From Sulfolobales archaeon (GTDB lineage Archaea > Thermoproteota > Thermoprotei_A > Sulfolobales > AG1): 64,000 nt of DNA. The notes beneath the pieces are model-generated. The model was given only the letters and a program-made list of their open reading frames with translations. It was not told where the DNA came from and did no database searches. Positions 42,458 to 53,341 of the stretch are shown here, one piece after another. How positions within the stretch are numbered: position 1 is the first letter of the stretch; every line of letters begins with the position of its first letter. Location: assembly GCA_038867615.1 (NCBI GenBank), contig JAWBYA010000003.1, positions 32,001 through 96,000 of the forward strand, read 5' to 3'. The translations under genes and the position numbers were made by a program.

Positions 42458-43384
42458 ATGGATCTATCTCTCGGCATCGATCTAGAAGTTCTGAGGCAAT
42501 ATGTCGAGAGCAGAAAATCAATGATAGAGAGCGCTCTAGAGAGCGTTGTTAAGAACTATGAGGGAGAGGTTCTCGAGATTGTTAACTATATGTCAAGAGG
42601 GGGGAAGAGGTTCAGAGGCGTTTTAACCATACTTGTATGTGAGAGCCTAGGAGGGAGGGTTGAAGATGCCATAGATGCTGCCGTCGCTGTAGAGCTTGTC
42701 CATGCAGCATCCCTCGCGCTGGACGATATAATTGATCTCGACTATATTAGGAGGGGCTCTCTATCATCGTGGATCAAGTACGGCGTCTCTAAAACCGTAT
42801 TAATAGCAAACATGCTCATACCAAAGGCACAGCTAATGATAGAGAGGTACGGCTTTGAAGCATTGGTAAAGGTGATAGAAGCATGGCTACATGCCACTAG
42901 CGGTGAGGTTATCGACGTGTTCGGCCCTGGCCCTGGGATTGCTAGCTATGAGGCTCTGGCAAGGCTCAAGACGGGCGCTGTGTTTAGGGCAGCTACTTTT
43001 CTCGGTGCTAAGGCTGCTAAGGCTGGCAAGTCTTACGAGGAACTAGCGGCTGCTTTTGGAGAAAACCTAGGTGTGCTATACCAAGTAGCAGACGATCTTG
43101 TTGATGTTATAACAAACAAAATAGAGGGAGGATCGAAGGGTCTTGAGATGTTCATAGAATGGGCTGGGGGAGGAAATGTTGAGGAGATAGTATCGAGGGT
43201 TTCTTCCAAAATCGCCGGTATGTTGGAGAAACTCGAGACCATCGTGACAAAGTTTCCAAATAACCAGTACAGAGATTACCTAGCCACAGTACCAGGCTAC
43301 ATGTTATACGGAATGCTGAGAGAGGCTGGCGATATAGGGGAGGAGGTTTTCAAAAGGATCATGGAACTCTATTTGAAAACCTAA
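42458..43384 (+). CDS. Polyprenyl diphosphate synthase
   Basis: GGKRFR, LDDIID...RRG, KT, YQVADDLVD. Confidence 0.93.
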   Translation: MDLSLGIDLEVLRQYVESRKSMIESALESVVKNYEGEVLEIVNYMSRGGKRFRGVLTILVCESLGGRVEDAIDAAVAVELVHAASLALDDIIDLDYIRRGSLSSWIKYGVSKTVLIANMLIPKAQLMIERYGFEALVKVIEAWLHATSGEVIDVFGPGPGIASYEALARLKTGAVFRAATFLGAKAAKAGKSYEELAAAFGENLGVLYQVADDLVDVITNKIEGGSKGLEMFIEWAGGGNVEEIVSRVSSKIAGMLEKLETIVTKFPNNQYRDYLATVPGYMLYGMLREAGDIGEEVFKRIMELYLKT

Positions 43385-43433
43385 AAACAAGACACTCTAA
43401 TTAACACTATGCGCTATATTGTCGTGTGGGAAG

Positions 43434-44159
43434 ATGGTCACACGAATATCTACAGGAGTGCATAGCCTAGACTCAATGCTTGAGGGAGGAGTGCCTGAGG
43501 GGTTCTTCATAGCAATAGTCGGAGAGCCCGGTACTGGTAAGACCGTGCTTAGCCTCCACTTCATCCACCAAGGCATAGTTGATGGTGATAAGTGTATCTA
43601 TGTAACGACAGAGGAGGATCGAGAATCCCTTCTAGACCAGGTAGAGAGATTCGGCTGGGACTGGGAACCTTTTATTGGTAAGAGGTTAATAATAATTGAT
43701 GCTCTAAAGGGCCAGGAGGATCCATGGTCTATCCAGGATATGGATATAGAGCTGCTAATAAACAAGGTGATCGAGGCTAAGAAAGCCCTTGGATATGGGA
43801 GGTCAAGGCTAGTCATAGACTCTATCTCAGCCTTCTGGCTCGAAAAACCAGCAATGGCTAGGAAATACAGCTATCTGGTCAAAAGAGTTCTGGGTAAATG
43901 GGGTTTCACAACATACCTAGTGTCACAATACGCTGTTACAACAATGTTCGCTTTTGGATGGGGTGTAGAGCATATAGCCGATGGTGTTATCAGGTTTAGG
44001 AGGAAGATCTCTGGAGGGGTGTTAAAGAGATACCTAATGATAGAGAAAATGAGGAACACAAGACATGATAAGAGAATATATGAAATAGACATAACTGATA
44101 GGGGGTTGGTGATACTAAACCCAGCTGACCTTGATATAGAGCATGTGACATCTATATAG
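43434..44159 (+). CDS. KaiC-domain RecA-superfamily ATPase
   Basis: GEPGTGKT, VTTEE, LVIDS, EHIADG, IEKMR. Confidence 0.92.
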   Translation: MVTRISTGVHSLDSMLEGGVPEGFFIAIVGEPGTGKTVLSLHFIHQGIVDGDKCIYVTTEEDRESLLDQVERFGWDWEPFIGKRLIIIDALKGQEDPWSIQDMDIELLINKVIEAKKALGYGRSRLVIDSISAFWLEKPAMARKYSYLVKRVLGKWGFTTYLVSQYAVTTMFAFGWGVEHIADGVIRFRRKISGGVLKRYLMIEKMRNTRHDKRIYEIDITDRGLVILNPADLDIEHVTSI

Positions 44160-44481
44160 ATAAGAAAGGATTCGTGTATCAAGAATCACAACCAAAGATC
44201 TTGTAAAAACAGCTCAAGCCGACCCCATATTAGATGAGAGATCCGTGTCGCCAAGCCCTGACAACAATCCACGGACCATGGGGATAAAGATCTCTGCGAG
44301 CTGGGTAGAAGATCTAGCTATGGAAAAACAACACAACAAATATCCAGAGACATATAGGTGAAGCAAGCGAAGATATGATCGCTGTGAAAACCCCTGAAGA
44401 GAACCAATCCACCCAACTACTCCTGCGTTCTTAAGCAGATAAAGCGTAATGCTAAATATACCTCTCCACAATATCTCAATA

Positions 44482-45231
44482 ATGATGAGCCTCTTGGCAA
44501 AAATCATTGTTGACGAGCGTGAGAGATCCTCAGGGATACCGCAATTACTGGCTAGGTTAGGTGACCATATAGTATACAAGATCCTTGATGTTGGTGACTA
44601 TATAGTTGGTGAGAGCATCGCGATCGAGAGGAAAAGAGTACCGGATTTTATAAGGAGTATTTTTGATGGAAGAATATTTGACCAGGTTGGAAGACTCCTT
44701 GATGTATATGATAAGGTAGTATTGCTTGTCCAAGGATCGCCAGGCGAGGTGAAAATGACCACAGATAGGTGGAGTTCTTTTTATGGAACAATAGCCAGAA
44801 TGATCCTTGAGGATGGTGTGAGCATCGTCTATACACATGACATCGAAGACACAGCCTACCTAATCCACTCCCTAGCCCAGAAATCCCAAAGCCCTGGAAT
44901 TGGGGGTGGACGCCCATTGATCCATAAGAAGCCGAAGCTGGGAACCGTGGATGAGTGGCAAGTATACATAGTCCAGAGCTTACCCTATATAGGGCCGAAG
45001 CTGGCTAGAAAGTTGCTAGAGAGATTCGGAAGCGTACTCTCTGTCTTCAACGCAAGCGCCCTAGAACTCAGCAGGGTCGAAGGGATCTCAGAGTGGAAGG
45101 CACAGGAGATAGTAAGGATCCTGAGATCGCCATATAATAAGGGTTTGTTTAGGAGTAAAGAGAGGGATCTTGGTTCAGAGCCTCATGGATCAGACAACAT
45201 ATCGCCAGATCATGGTAACGCTAACCACTAG
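44482..45231 (+). CDS. xpf: Crenarchaeal XPF/ERCC4 endonuclease
   Basis: VDERE, GDY...IERK...DF..SIFDGR, C-terminal HhH2. Confidence 0.93.
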   Translation: MMSLLAKIIVDERERSSGIPQLLARLGDHIVYKILDVGDYIVGESIAIERKRVPDFIRSIFDGRIFDQVGRLLDVYDKVVLLVQGSPGEVKMTTDRWSSFYGTIARMILEDGVSIVYTHDIEDTAYLIHSLAQKSQSPGIGGGRPLIHKKPKLGTVDEWQVYIVQSLPYIGPKLARKLLERFGSVLSVFNASALELSRVEGISEWKAQEIVRILRSPYNKGLFRSKERDLGSEPHGSDNISPDHGNANH

Positions 45232-45530
45232 GGTATGCACTACTATGGGAGCTTCATTCAGCTAATTCATGCTCCACTTCTAGATCCTTTTTACGTATTG
45301 TTAGAGAGCCTTCAATGCGAAATGGTAAAGGCTTTGTATTTATTTTGTACGTCATAGAACAAGTAATTAGGAGTCTCACACCGTATCTTTATGCTACACA
45401 GAAGTGGTTTCACAATTTTATCTACCTATTATAGTAATGGAGCGCCTTATGCCGGAATAGAACGGCTTAGAGGCTGCATGGACGCTTAGCCTATTAAGTG
45501 CATAGCTGTGGGAAAAACTAGAAGCCTGGT

Positions 45531-46733
45531 TTATCTAGCAACTATAGCTAACACCCATATTAATGCTATTCTTACAAAGGCTATCCACTGTATAGGGCTT
45601 TCTCTGAACCATGGCCCCCTGCTCTCAACACCGATCATACTTGTTATAACTCCTTCATGGAACCAGAGAACCATTATCATGACATTAAGTATATCCTGGA
45701 TAAGCAACAGATATTTCAACCTATTGTTAAGCAATAGATAGAGAGGTGCCAGAAATATATTCATCTGTGGTGAGTAGATATATGAGAAACTTATAGAGAG
45801 TGCAACCGACATTAGTGGTGTGCGCATAGACATCGCTCCGGGTTCTTGGATATACCTGTTATAAGACACGATCGTATATATAAATGGTGCAGAGAGAGTG
45901 AGAACGATAGAGAGGGTCCTGAGACTCTGATTATATATATCATCTGTTAAGAGATTATAGAAGCAGTTTTCACAATACCACCTCGAGTGATAGCTAAGGA
46001 AGTGGAAGAAACCGGGGGGATATACGAGTAGTAATGCTAAGAACGGGAGTGCTGCTACTGAGAAGCCGAGAAGAGCGAAGAGCATGGCTCTCCCGATCCT
46101 GCTGGCTAGGATCGTGATGAATATAGAGAACAACGCATATATGGGTATAACCTTAACAGACGCTCCCAAACCCAACGCGATGGATGAGCCATAAATCTTG
46201 TTTTTAGTGTAGAGAAAAATACCCAAGATCATTAGAAAGGCCGCGATTATATCCCAGTTATAAAATAAATAGTAAACAATAGAGGGCGATGCTATAGAGA
46301 GTATAGAAAGAATCCTTGGCGTCCTCTTCTCTTTCGAGATCCTATATATGATATAGACATATGCTATATAGAAAAAAATATTTATAGCAAAAAGACTTCT
46401 CACCATGGATAAGAAAGGATCATAACCATGTGTTGAGAGATAAAGAGCGATCTTAGAGGCAGCTAGCCAGAGAACAGCTATTATTGGCGTGTATTCAAAC
46501 TCATAGTCAACATATGGATAGCCTGATAAGACGCTGTCAGGGGATCTATGATACAGCGCTAGGTAGTCAGTATATTCTCCAAGGAATAAGGGATCGTGGA
46601 TCACAATACCAATGAGTATAACTATTATCGCTATCATCGCGTACTGGTAGTGTTCACCACGAACTCTGCGCAAGATACCCCCACACAACATAGTCACAGA
46701 AAATATCTCTATGAGGCAAAAAACATATATCAT
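45531..46733 (-). CDS. Polytopic GT-C (GT87/DUF2029-like) glycosyltransferase
   Basis: PYVDYEFEYTP, NWDII, GASVKVIP, YSPQ; many TM helices. Confidence 0.75.
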   Translation of the reverse strand: MIYVFCLIEIFSVTMLCGGILRRVRGEHYQYAMIAIIVILIGIVIHDPLFLGEYTDYLALYHRSPDSVLSGYPYVDYEFEYTPIIAVLWLAASKIALYLSTHGYDPFLSMVRSLFAINIFFYIAYVYIIYRISKEKRTPRILSILSIASPSIVYYLFYNWDIIAAFLMILGIFLYTKNKIYGSSIALGLGASVKVIPIYALFSIFITILASRIGRAMLFALLGFSVAALPFLALLLVYPPGFFHFLSYHSRWYCENCFYNLLTDDIYNQSLRTLSIVLTLSAPFIYTIVSYNRYIQEPGAMSMRTPLMSVALSISFSYIYSPQMNIFLAPLYLLLNNRLKYLLLIQDILNVMIMVLWFHEGVITSMIGVESRGPWFRESPIQWIAFVRIALIWVLAIVAR

Positions 46734-46906
46734 GCATTGTTGTTTTCATAGTACACATAGCATACGGCTAGCAGGCGGGTGAATAGACATATACCCATGC
46801 AGATCTAACCTGGTATCGACCTCCTTAGAATTGCTCACCACCTTTCCGCACTGAACAACTGAGTAAGCTCTCCTCAAGTGGGTGTGTTCAGATCCATGGT
46901 TTGAAT

Positions 46907-46937
46907 ATTTTCGCCCAACCCAGTGGGCTTTTATATA
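46907..46937 (+). promoter_or_regulatory. Pilus operon promoter: ATTTTCGCCCAACCC element plus TTTTATATA box
   Basis: TATA box ~25-30 nt before the pilin ATG; ANTTTC-type motif just upstream of it. Confidence 0.5.
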
Positions 46938-46960
46938 CACCACATGAACTCTGGGGAGAT

Positions 46961-47407
46961 ATGTTGAGGAAAAGAGTATTGAAAGGTTTGAGCGAGCTGG
47001 TGGTTATAATGATAGCGGTCGCCATAGCCGTACCAGTCATGTTCATACTACAATCATGGCTGGTAGGACAGATGGGGAGGATGCCAGAGCTAGATCCCGT
47101 GACAGCTACCTATGTCTCTAGAAGCGTTACCACAGACTCGCTCCTAGTAACACTAACCGTGAGCAATAATGGGAACGAGCCTGTGAGCGTTTCTAGCATT
47201 ACAGTGGTATACACCACTACCGAGAGTGGTGTAAGTACTACTTCAGGCAATCTGCTGGGTATAAGTCTTCCTCAGACTATTAATCCCAGATCATCGATAA
47301 CTATCCCTCTAACAATAAACAACGCGGCTAAGGTTAACGAGGTTATAGTCACAGTTACAATACCGAGCTCTAACATTGTGAAGACTATAAGAGCAGCAGG
47401 GATCTAG
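46961..47407 (+). CDS. Archaeal type IV pilin
   Basis: Class III signal peptide RKRVLKG/LSELVVIMIAVAIAV followed by a beta-rich domain. Confidence 0.88.
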   Translation: MLRKRVLKGLSELVVIMIAVAIAVPVMFILQSWLVGQMGRMPELDPVTATYVSRSVTTDSLLVTLTVSNNGNEPVSVSSITVVYTTTESGVSTTSGNLLGISLPQTINPRSSITIPLTINNAAKVNEVIVTVTIPSSNIVKTIRAAGI

Positions 47408-47410
47408 CGG

Positions 47411-48889
47411 GTGTTCCTCGTGCATTTACTGAAACTAGATAAGCTTTTTTCTAGAAAAATAATATTTGGCAGAGTTAATACGGGTTCTGTGTATTTTCCT
47501 AGCTATGGGGATTTTGATCTTAAGGAGTATGTGTTGCACGGAGATTCTAATGATTATGATCCATTGCTGAGCAACGCTGTGGTCAAAGAGGTGGAGGATG
47601 TTATTATAGAATATAGTGTTGGGCCGTACAGGATTCTGATTGTATCCTCTGATGGGGAGTATCTATATCTAGCGGATCTGGTTCCAAGGCCTTCCAGGGA
47701 TCTTGTGGGCATTATAGATAACCTATCAAGAGATCTTTTCAGATTCGCTCCTGAGGATAGGGATCTTGATGACTACTACATAGCCGAGGTTCTGAGGAAT
47801 GTGTACAGAATCCCTGAGGATTATGTTAATATGGCTACATATCTAGTGAAGGAGAGGCTTAAGTACGGCAGGATCCAGGTTCTCCTCGACGATCCATATA
47901 TAGAGGATATAAGCATCAGCGGCCCGGGTGCTGTTTGGGTTAGGCACAGGATAGTTGTTGAGAAGGATCCCTTGGTGGATATGATCAGAACAAACATCGT
48001 CCTAGATGCTAGGGAAGTGCTATCGCTTCAAAAATACATAGCCACAAGATCTAGAACATATATATCTAGGTCAAACCCTGTAGTCGATGTACAGCTCCCA
48101 AGAGAGGACGGTGGGCACAGGGTACATCTAGTAGATCCAACAATAGCTGGTAACAGACCAGAGATAACTATTAGAAAGAGGTTGGAGGAGAAGATAAGCA
48201 TAGAGTGGCTCATTGAGAAAGGATCTATTAGGAGCGAGGTTGCCGAGTATCTAAGACAGATAGTACTAAGCAGGGGCTCTATAGTTATAGCCGGCCCCCC
48301 GTCTAGTGGAAAGACAACCCTCCTAAGAGCTCTTCTCAACAGCTACGTACCCCCCAGCTGGAAAGTAGTTATAATAGAAGATACCCCCGAGATCGAGATC
48401 CCCGAGAACAGCTCGTGGGTTAGATATACAACATACGAACTGGGAGCGCTCCACATAGACCAGTTCTTCCTAGCCAAAGCAGCCCTCAGATCTTCTGCTA
48501 ACAGGCTCATAGTGATCGGAGAAACCAGGGGAGCAGAAGCCCAGGTTCTGGCACAAGCCCTAAACATGGGTATGGGGGCTCTCACAACATTCCACGGCGG
48601 GTCTTCAGAGGAGGTTATAACAAGGCTTATGTCGCCTCCTATAAACATGTCTAAACACCAGATCGGCAGCATATGGACTATAGTTATCATGGGTATTGGG
48701 TGTGTGAACAGTAAGGGGGTGGGTAGGTGTGTGGAGAGGGTGGATGAGATCCTTATGGATGACGATATAGATATACATACAGTCTATTCTGTGGAGGAGA
48801 ACAGCCCAGGGATTATGGAGAGAAGCATTAGATTGAGGAGAGCCAGCAGGACAAGGAATTCTGGGAACATCTTGGTCAAAACCGGCTAG
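47411..48889 (+). CDS. Type IV pilus assembly ATPase (VirB11/ArlI family)
   Basis: DDPYIEDIS, GPPSSGKTT, IEDTPEI, IGETRG, TTFH. Confidence 0.93.
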   Translation: MFLVHLLKLDKLFSRKIIFGRVNTGSVYFPSYGDFDLKEYVLHGDSNDYDPLLSNAVVKEVEDVIIEYSVGPYRILIVSSDGEYLYLADLVPRPSRDLVGIIDNLSRDLFRFAPEDRDLDDYYIAEVLRNVYRIPEDYVNMATYLVKERLKYGRIQVLLDDPYIEDISISGPGAVWVRHRIVVEKDPLVDMIRTNIVLDAREVLSLQKYIATRSRTYISRSNPVVDVQLPREDGGHRVHLVDPTIAGNRPEITIRKRLEEKISIEWLIEKGSIRSEVAEYLRQIVLSRGSIVIAGPPSSGKTTLLRALLNSYVPPSWKVVIIEDTPEIEIPENSSWVRYTTYELGALHIDQFFLAKAALRSSANRLIVIGETRGAEAQVLAQALNMGMGALTTFHGGSSEEVITRLMSPPINMSKHQIGSIWTIVIMGIGCVNSKGVGRCVERVDEILMDDDIDIHTVYSVEENSPGIMERSIRLRRASRTRNSGNILVKTG

Positions 48890-48903
48890 GGTTCGGTACC
48901 ACC

Positions 48904-50358
48904 ATGGATATCCTCTCACGAGCTGTAAGGAAATACTCAGAACTATTAGCGATCTCGGTATCGAGCTACAGGGATTATCTATCTCTACAGAGAGAGCTGA
49001 TAACAGCCATTATAGGTGTAATGCTCTCCCTATCACTCGCAACGATCACCAACCTCTGGTTAGGAGCCATACCGCATAACATGGAATTATCGATAGCACT
49101 CGCAATTTCGGGGTCTATTTTATCACTCCACAAGATCCTAGCCAGGGTCTCGAGATCCTTGGAGAAGGCAAAAGGATTATCAGAGGAGCTACCATATTTG
49201 GTTTTCATGGCCTCAGCAATAGCTAGGACAGGGCTCGAGCTTGTAGAAGCGCTTCATTTTATCTCAACCAGCGAGGCTGGTGTGTTTAGATATTTTAAAA
49301 GCCTCTCAAAAAGGCTTATCAATGCATCCAAATACATAGGCTTTGAGGAGGCCTTAGACAGGCTCGCAGGGATTCCTAGGGGTGTTAAGAAGACTCTGAT
49401 AACATATCTCTCAAGCATAAGTTTAGGAACAGGTATAGAGACACTGAACGCGCTTGGGTTAGAGATGATCAGAGAGGCTTCTAGACGGGCATCGAGATCT
49501 ATAGACCTAGCAGCCCAGGCTGGCCTGGTGATAACGATGGTACTCACAACAATACCGATCCTCGTCCTAGGGATCTCATCGATCCTCGGCGATCATGTAG
49601 CGCTAAGCGTAGGCATCATGGTTAGTTTAGGCACACCAGTAGCTGTTCTATTACTGCCCCAAACACCCCTACCACTCAGGCTCATAATAAGTAGGGGTAA
49701 GACGCTGTATGTTTCTTTACTAAGCCTGCTCTCCATAGGCCTTATAGTATTGGCATATGTATCAATACACCTGCTAGCCTTATCAATCATCCAGATAAAT
49801 ATAATGAAGAACATTATTATCATATTATCGATCATCATGATCCTCGTGGGTATCCCCTGGGCGGTGATCTTTGCAAACTACCTAGCCGGTTTCGGGAGGG
49901 CTAGGGATATCTTGTTTTCTATAAGCAGTTATGCCAAGGCATATAGAACACTAGATGGTCTCGACCTAGATAAGGAGGCACAGAGAGTAGGTTCATACGC
50001 ACCATGGATATTACATTATATCATATTCTCTCTGGTCTTTTTCAGAGAAAAGGGTGGGGTCGAGCCCATAGTCATCACAAGGTTTTCAGAAGAGATCATG
50101 GATGTAATGGCAAAGAACACCAACAGGATCGCGGGATCTTTGCTATCGCTTGCAGCAACCCTAGCACAGCCAGTAATGCTTGCACAGATAATCCCAATGA
50201 TGGGCTCAACCGCACATAGCCTTGGCACGATCGTCATGCTCCTATCATCAGCAACGGTATCATCGCTAATAGCATCAAAGATCTTCTTCGGAAGTGCGAG
50301 GAACACGATTATAATGGGTATGTGTTTCTTGCTACTCTATACACTTCTCCTAAGGTGA
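48904..50358 (+). CDS. Pilus membrane platform protein (TadC/ArlJ-like)
   Basis: Multi-TM protein, EELPY...TGLE..EAL pattern, directly after the ATPase. Confidence 0.8.
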   Translation: MDILSRAVRKYSELLAISVSSYRDYLSLQRELITAIIGVMLSLSLATITNLWLGAIPHNMELSIALAISGSILSLHKILARVSRSLEKAKGLSEELPYLVFMASAIARTGLELVEALHFISTSEAGVFRYFKSLSKRLINASKYIGFEEALDRLAGIPRGVKKTLITYLSSISLGTGIETLNALGLEMIREASRRASRSIDLAAQAGLVITMVLTTIPILVLGISSILGDHVALSVGIMVSLGTPVAVLLLPQTPLPLRLIISRGKTLYVSLLSLLSIGLIVLAYVSIHLLALSIIQINIMKNIIIILSIIMILVGIPWAVIFANYLAGFGRARDILFSISSYAKAYRTLDGLDLDKEAQRVGSYAPWILHYIIFSLVFFREKGGVEPIVITRFSEEIMDVMAKNTNRIAGSLLSLAATLAQPVMLAQIIPMMGSTAHSLGTIVMLLSSATVSSLIASKIFFGSARNTIIMGMCFLLLYTLLLR

Positions 50359-50363
50359 TCCTC

Positions 50364-52754
50364 ATGAGCCTTTCAATAAAGATCCCATACAAGGTTGAGG
50401 ATCTATTCACGGTAGAATTGCCAGAGCATCTGCTAAGTCTGAAACCGCGTCTCATTCAATCAAGGATCAGCCCTGACACTGTCTATGTTGAAACAGAGAT
50501 CGGGGACGTGCTTGTGAGACCATTGATAGGTTTGAAAAACAATATCAACAGACCCTGGGTGTATCACGATGCCTCGAGGGTTTGTTTTAATAATGCGTGT
50601 AAAGATCTTGGCAAGATCTTTAAAGCAGCTCCACTAAGCGATAACACTGCTATAGTAATTAACGAGGGGAAAAGCTACTTAGCAGAGTTATCTGAAGACG
50701 GTATAAGAACCAGACATGTTGATGTAAAAGAGATCTTAGGATCAGTACGATACATAGATAGATCTGTTATTCTGATTCGAGAGAAAGGGTTTAGGAAGAG
50801 AGTGTTAGCAATAGACCACGGGTTTCTATATGCCGTGACAAGCTTCTGCATGGAGCGAAGAGAAGGATATGCTGTAGTAGCCTTCGAGACGGGTGGTTAT
50901 ACAAGAATATACTTTGGCGCCGAGCACGGCGGGTATATGATATACGACACAAACAGCCCGCCAGTAGCATGTACCATGGGGTATAGGGTAGCTACTATAG
51001 CGCTAAGGAACCGGGGTTCTGTATATATCGGTAAGGGACTATACCTAGAAACACCCCTAAGATCCGTAGGAACAGCGTGGATCCCTGAGGATAGGGTTCT
51101 TATTCTATACGATCAGAAGGGTGGGTGGCTATTAGAGAGCGATCTTAGAAGCCTCAAACCCATAGCCAGGCTGCCTGGCAGACCAACATATTTGGGCAGG
51201 CTTGGGGATTCAGATTCACATGTATTGACGGTTAACGGAGAGTTGGTGGTTATCAAAGGCTCCCTCATTACAAAGCCGGAGATCCGTTTAGACAGTTATA
51301 AATATGTGTCCATCAATAACAATGGGTTAGTGATAGATTCAGGAGAAACCCTCGCAATAAGATCCATAGAGGGGAGGGAGATCTGGAGTGTTAAGAAAGA
51401 TCCAGATACTCTATGCAGTGGATATGGAGACAAAATTGTATGTATTAAGGGGAACATGATCAGCGTAATAGAACCCGGTGAGGGAGAAGTGGTGATAGAG
51501 AGAAGAGCCGGTGAAATACCGGGGGTTATCATAAGCGGGGGTGGAAAAATACCAGGTATATCGGTCAGCGGGGATATAGATGTAATCAACATAACAAGAG
51601 TAGATGGAGACATAGAGATAACCATGGCGCCCAGGGTGCTTGGAAAAACATCGAGACCGTATATAGAGTTGGAGGACCTCATAACAAAGCACAGGGCTGA
51701 ATTGGAGGTCGTGGCGGAACCCCCGAAAGTAACTATAGAGCATGCTGGGATAGTGGTTTCGAGAACAGGTTTGCATATCGAGTGCGGCTCTCCCGGATAT
51801 GCCGAGGTTGTGTTAAGACTTAGCGGGAATAGATTCCACGATTTATATAGATATGTTGTGAGGATAACATCGATGGGAAGAGTTATAGGGCTAACAACAT
51901 TCCATCTAGGCTCTAACAATAGAGCTGAGGAGAAGATAGAACTGAGGATATGCCTAGAAGAGGCACCGATCGATGGAGATGCATGGCTAGAGATAACAGC
52001 TATAAAGAGAGATCTTGAGGGTCTCGAGGGCGAAGCTTTCTACAGAGCACCCTTGGTAGTTGAAACCAAGGAGCCTGTTGTCACCATATCTCTAGAGCAC
52101 TATAGCGATAAAAGCGAGATAACAGTAAAGGTAGAGAGATCCCGCGGGGTTGATGGAAACATATATGTTGATATTAAATGCACCAACACGTCATTCGAAA
52201 AAACAGAGAGAGGCAGTGGGGTTGTTAGGATCACCATAGGGGGGTGTGAGGTTCCAGCAAGAATCGTTACAGCTATCGAGGATCAAGGTTTCAAATGGAT
52301 CACTTCTAGAGAGATCCATATACCAGAACTAGTGCAATGCGCGGAGGAATATAACGATATAGCCGGTATAGCCGACGTGATGTGTACCAAGGGTGGGTTT
52401 TACAAACATATACCCCCGATCTCCCATAAAGATCTCTCACCCATAAAGGAGATAAAGGTTATAAATCTCCCAGGCAGAGGGAGCCAGGTCTTAATTATTG
52501 CTGATAGGAATGCATCATATATGGTAACAACCCTGAGAACCGGCTATGTGATTGGACAAGGCCGGCTATTCACCGGGATTAACATAGTGAACCTGGGGGT
52601 TGCAGCCCTGCTAGAGCCCTTAAGACTGTCGATCTTCAGTGGGGCGGCTTATAGAGAATATTTGATAGAGCCGGAAAACATAGCTGAGATGATCTCAACA
52701 GCCCTGAGAACATCTTATAAGCTACTAGAAATTATGGGCGGGCTAGGATTATAG
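50364..52754 (+). CDS. Large (~800 aa) beta-rich protein of unknown function
   Basis: Long ORF inside the pilus operon; no obvious signal peptide or TM segment. Confidence 0.8.
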   Translation: MSLSIKIPYKVEDLFTVELPEHLLSLKPRLIQSRISPDTVYVETEIGDVLVRPLIGLKNNINRPWVYHDASRVCFNNACKDLGKIFKAAPLSDNTAIVINEGKSYLAELSEDGIRTRHVDVKEILGSVRYIDRSVILIREKGFRKRVLAIDHGFLYAVTSFCMERREGYAVVAFETGGYTRIYFGAEHGGYMIYDTNSPPVACTMGYRVATIALRNRGSVYIGKGLYLETPLRSVGTAWIPEDRVLILYDQKGGWLLESDLRSLKPIARLPGRPTYLGRLGDSDSHVLTVNGELVVIKGSLITKPEIRLDSYKYVSINNNGLVIDSGETLAIRSIEGREIWSVKKDPDTLCSGYGDKIVCIKGNMISVIEPGEGEVVIERRAGEIPGVIISGGGKIPGISVSGDIDVINITRVDGDIEITMAPRVLGKTSRPYIELEDLITKHRAELEVVAEPPKVTIEHAGIVVSRTGLHIECGSPGYAEVVLRLSGNRFHDLYRYVVRITSMGRVIGLTTFHLGSNNRAEEKIELRICLEEAPIDGDAWLEITAIKRDLEGLEGEAFYRAPLVVETKEPVVTISLEHYSDKSEITVKVERSRGVDGNIYVDIKCTNTSFEKTERGSGVVRITIGGCEVPARIVTAIEDQGFKWITSREIHIPELVQCAEEYNDIAGIADVMCTKGGFYKHIPPISHKDLSPIKEIKVINLPGRGSQVLIIADRNASYMVTTLRTGYVIGQGRLFTGINIVNLGVAALLEPLRLSIFSGAAYREYLIEPENIAEMISTALRTSYKLLEIMGGLGL

Positions 52755-53341
52755 ATATAAAGAGGCTTCTCAGGATACGGGAACATGTTGCCAAAATACT
52801 GTTTGGATCAGATGATCTCAGGCTAGTCGATGGAAGAATTGTTAGCTGTGATAGTAAGGGTTGCATTGCAAGAGGGTTCCTCATAGTTAGGGATTTTACA
52901 GAAACACTGGACGATCTAGAGGGTAAGGATGTACAGAGAATACTTAACTCATACGTTAAAACCCTATCTCACAACGCACCAATAGATCTGAGGATTATTA
53001 TCTCACCGATCAAGCCAGAGGAGGTGATGAGCAAAATAGACAAGGCTATACAGGTTAAACAAATCATGCTCGAAGCAGACCCAACCAACGAGAAGCTGAG
53101 AACCGAGGTTGAGAGACTGAAGAGAATTAAGAAAAAGATACTCAGCGGAGAGACCCCCTTCTCGATAAACATGGTCTTCAGCGTTATCTCACAAGGATCT
53201 ACGGAGAATGAAGCCATAGAAAGGCTCTCACATAAGATCTCGATATTAAGGGAGGAGTTGAGAAGTATAGGAATATATACCGAGGATCTTAGAGGACTTG
53301 GGGCAATAGCCGCTCTTAATAGGTTTTTTCGTGGGGAGTAA
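52751..53341 (+). CDS. ~196-aa protein resembling a VirB4 N-terminal region (probable ATA start)
   Basis: Frame is open from 52721 with no ATG/GTG/TTG until 53024; ATAG overlap with the upstream stop; coiled coil then ENEAIERL...LRSIGI. Confidence 0.7.
   Translation: MDIKRLLRIREHVAKILFGSDDLRLVDGRIVSCDSKGCIARGFLIVRDFTETLDDLEGKDVQRILNSYVKTLSHNAPIDLRIIISPIKPEEVMSKIDKAIQVKQIMLEADPTNEKLRTEVERLKRIKKKILSGETPFSINMVFSVISQGSTENEAIERLSHKISILREELRSIGIYTEDLRGLGAIAALNRFFRGE

Noticed and set aside
42042-42485. ORFs 42042..42266 and 42150..42485
   Set aside because: Overlap the GC-rich SRP RNA gene
43434-44159. KaiC-like ATPase as a clock or signalling system
   Set aside because: Single-domain KaiC-like ATPases are common in archaea and no partner genes are adjacent
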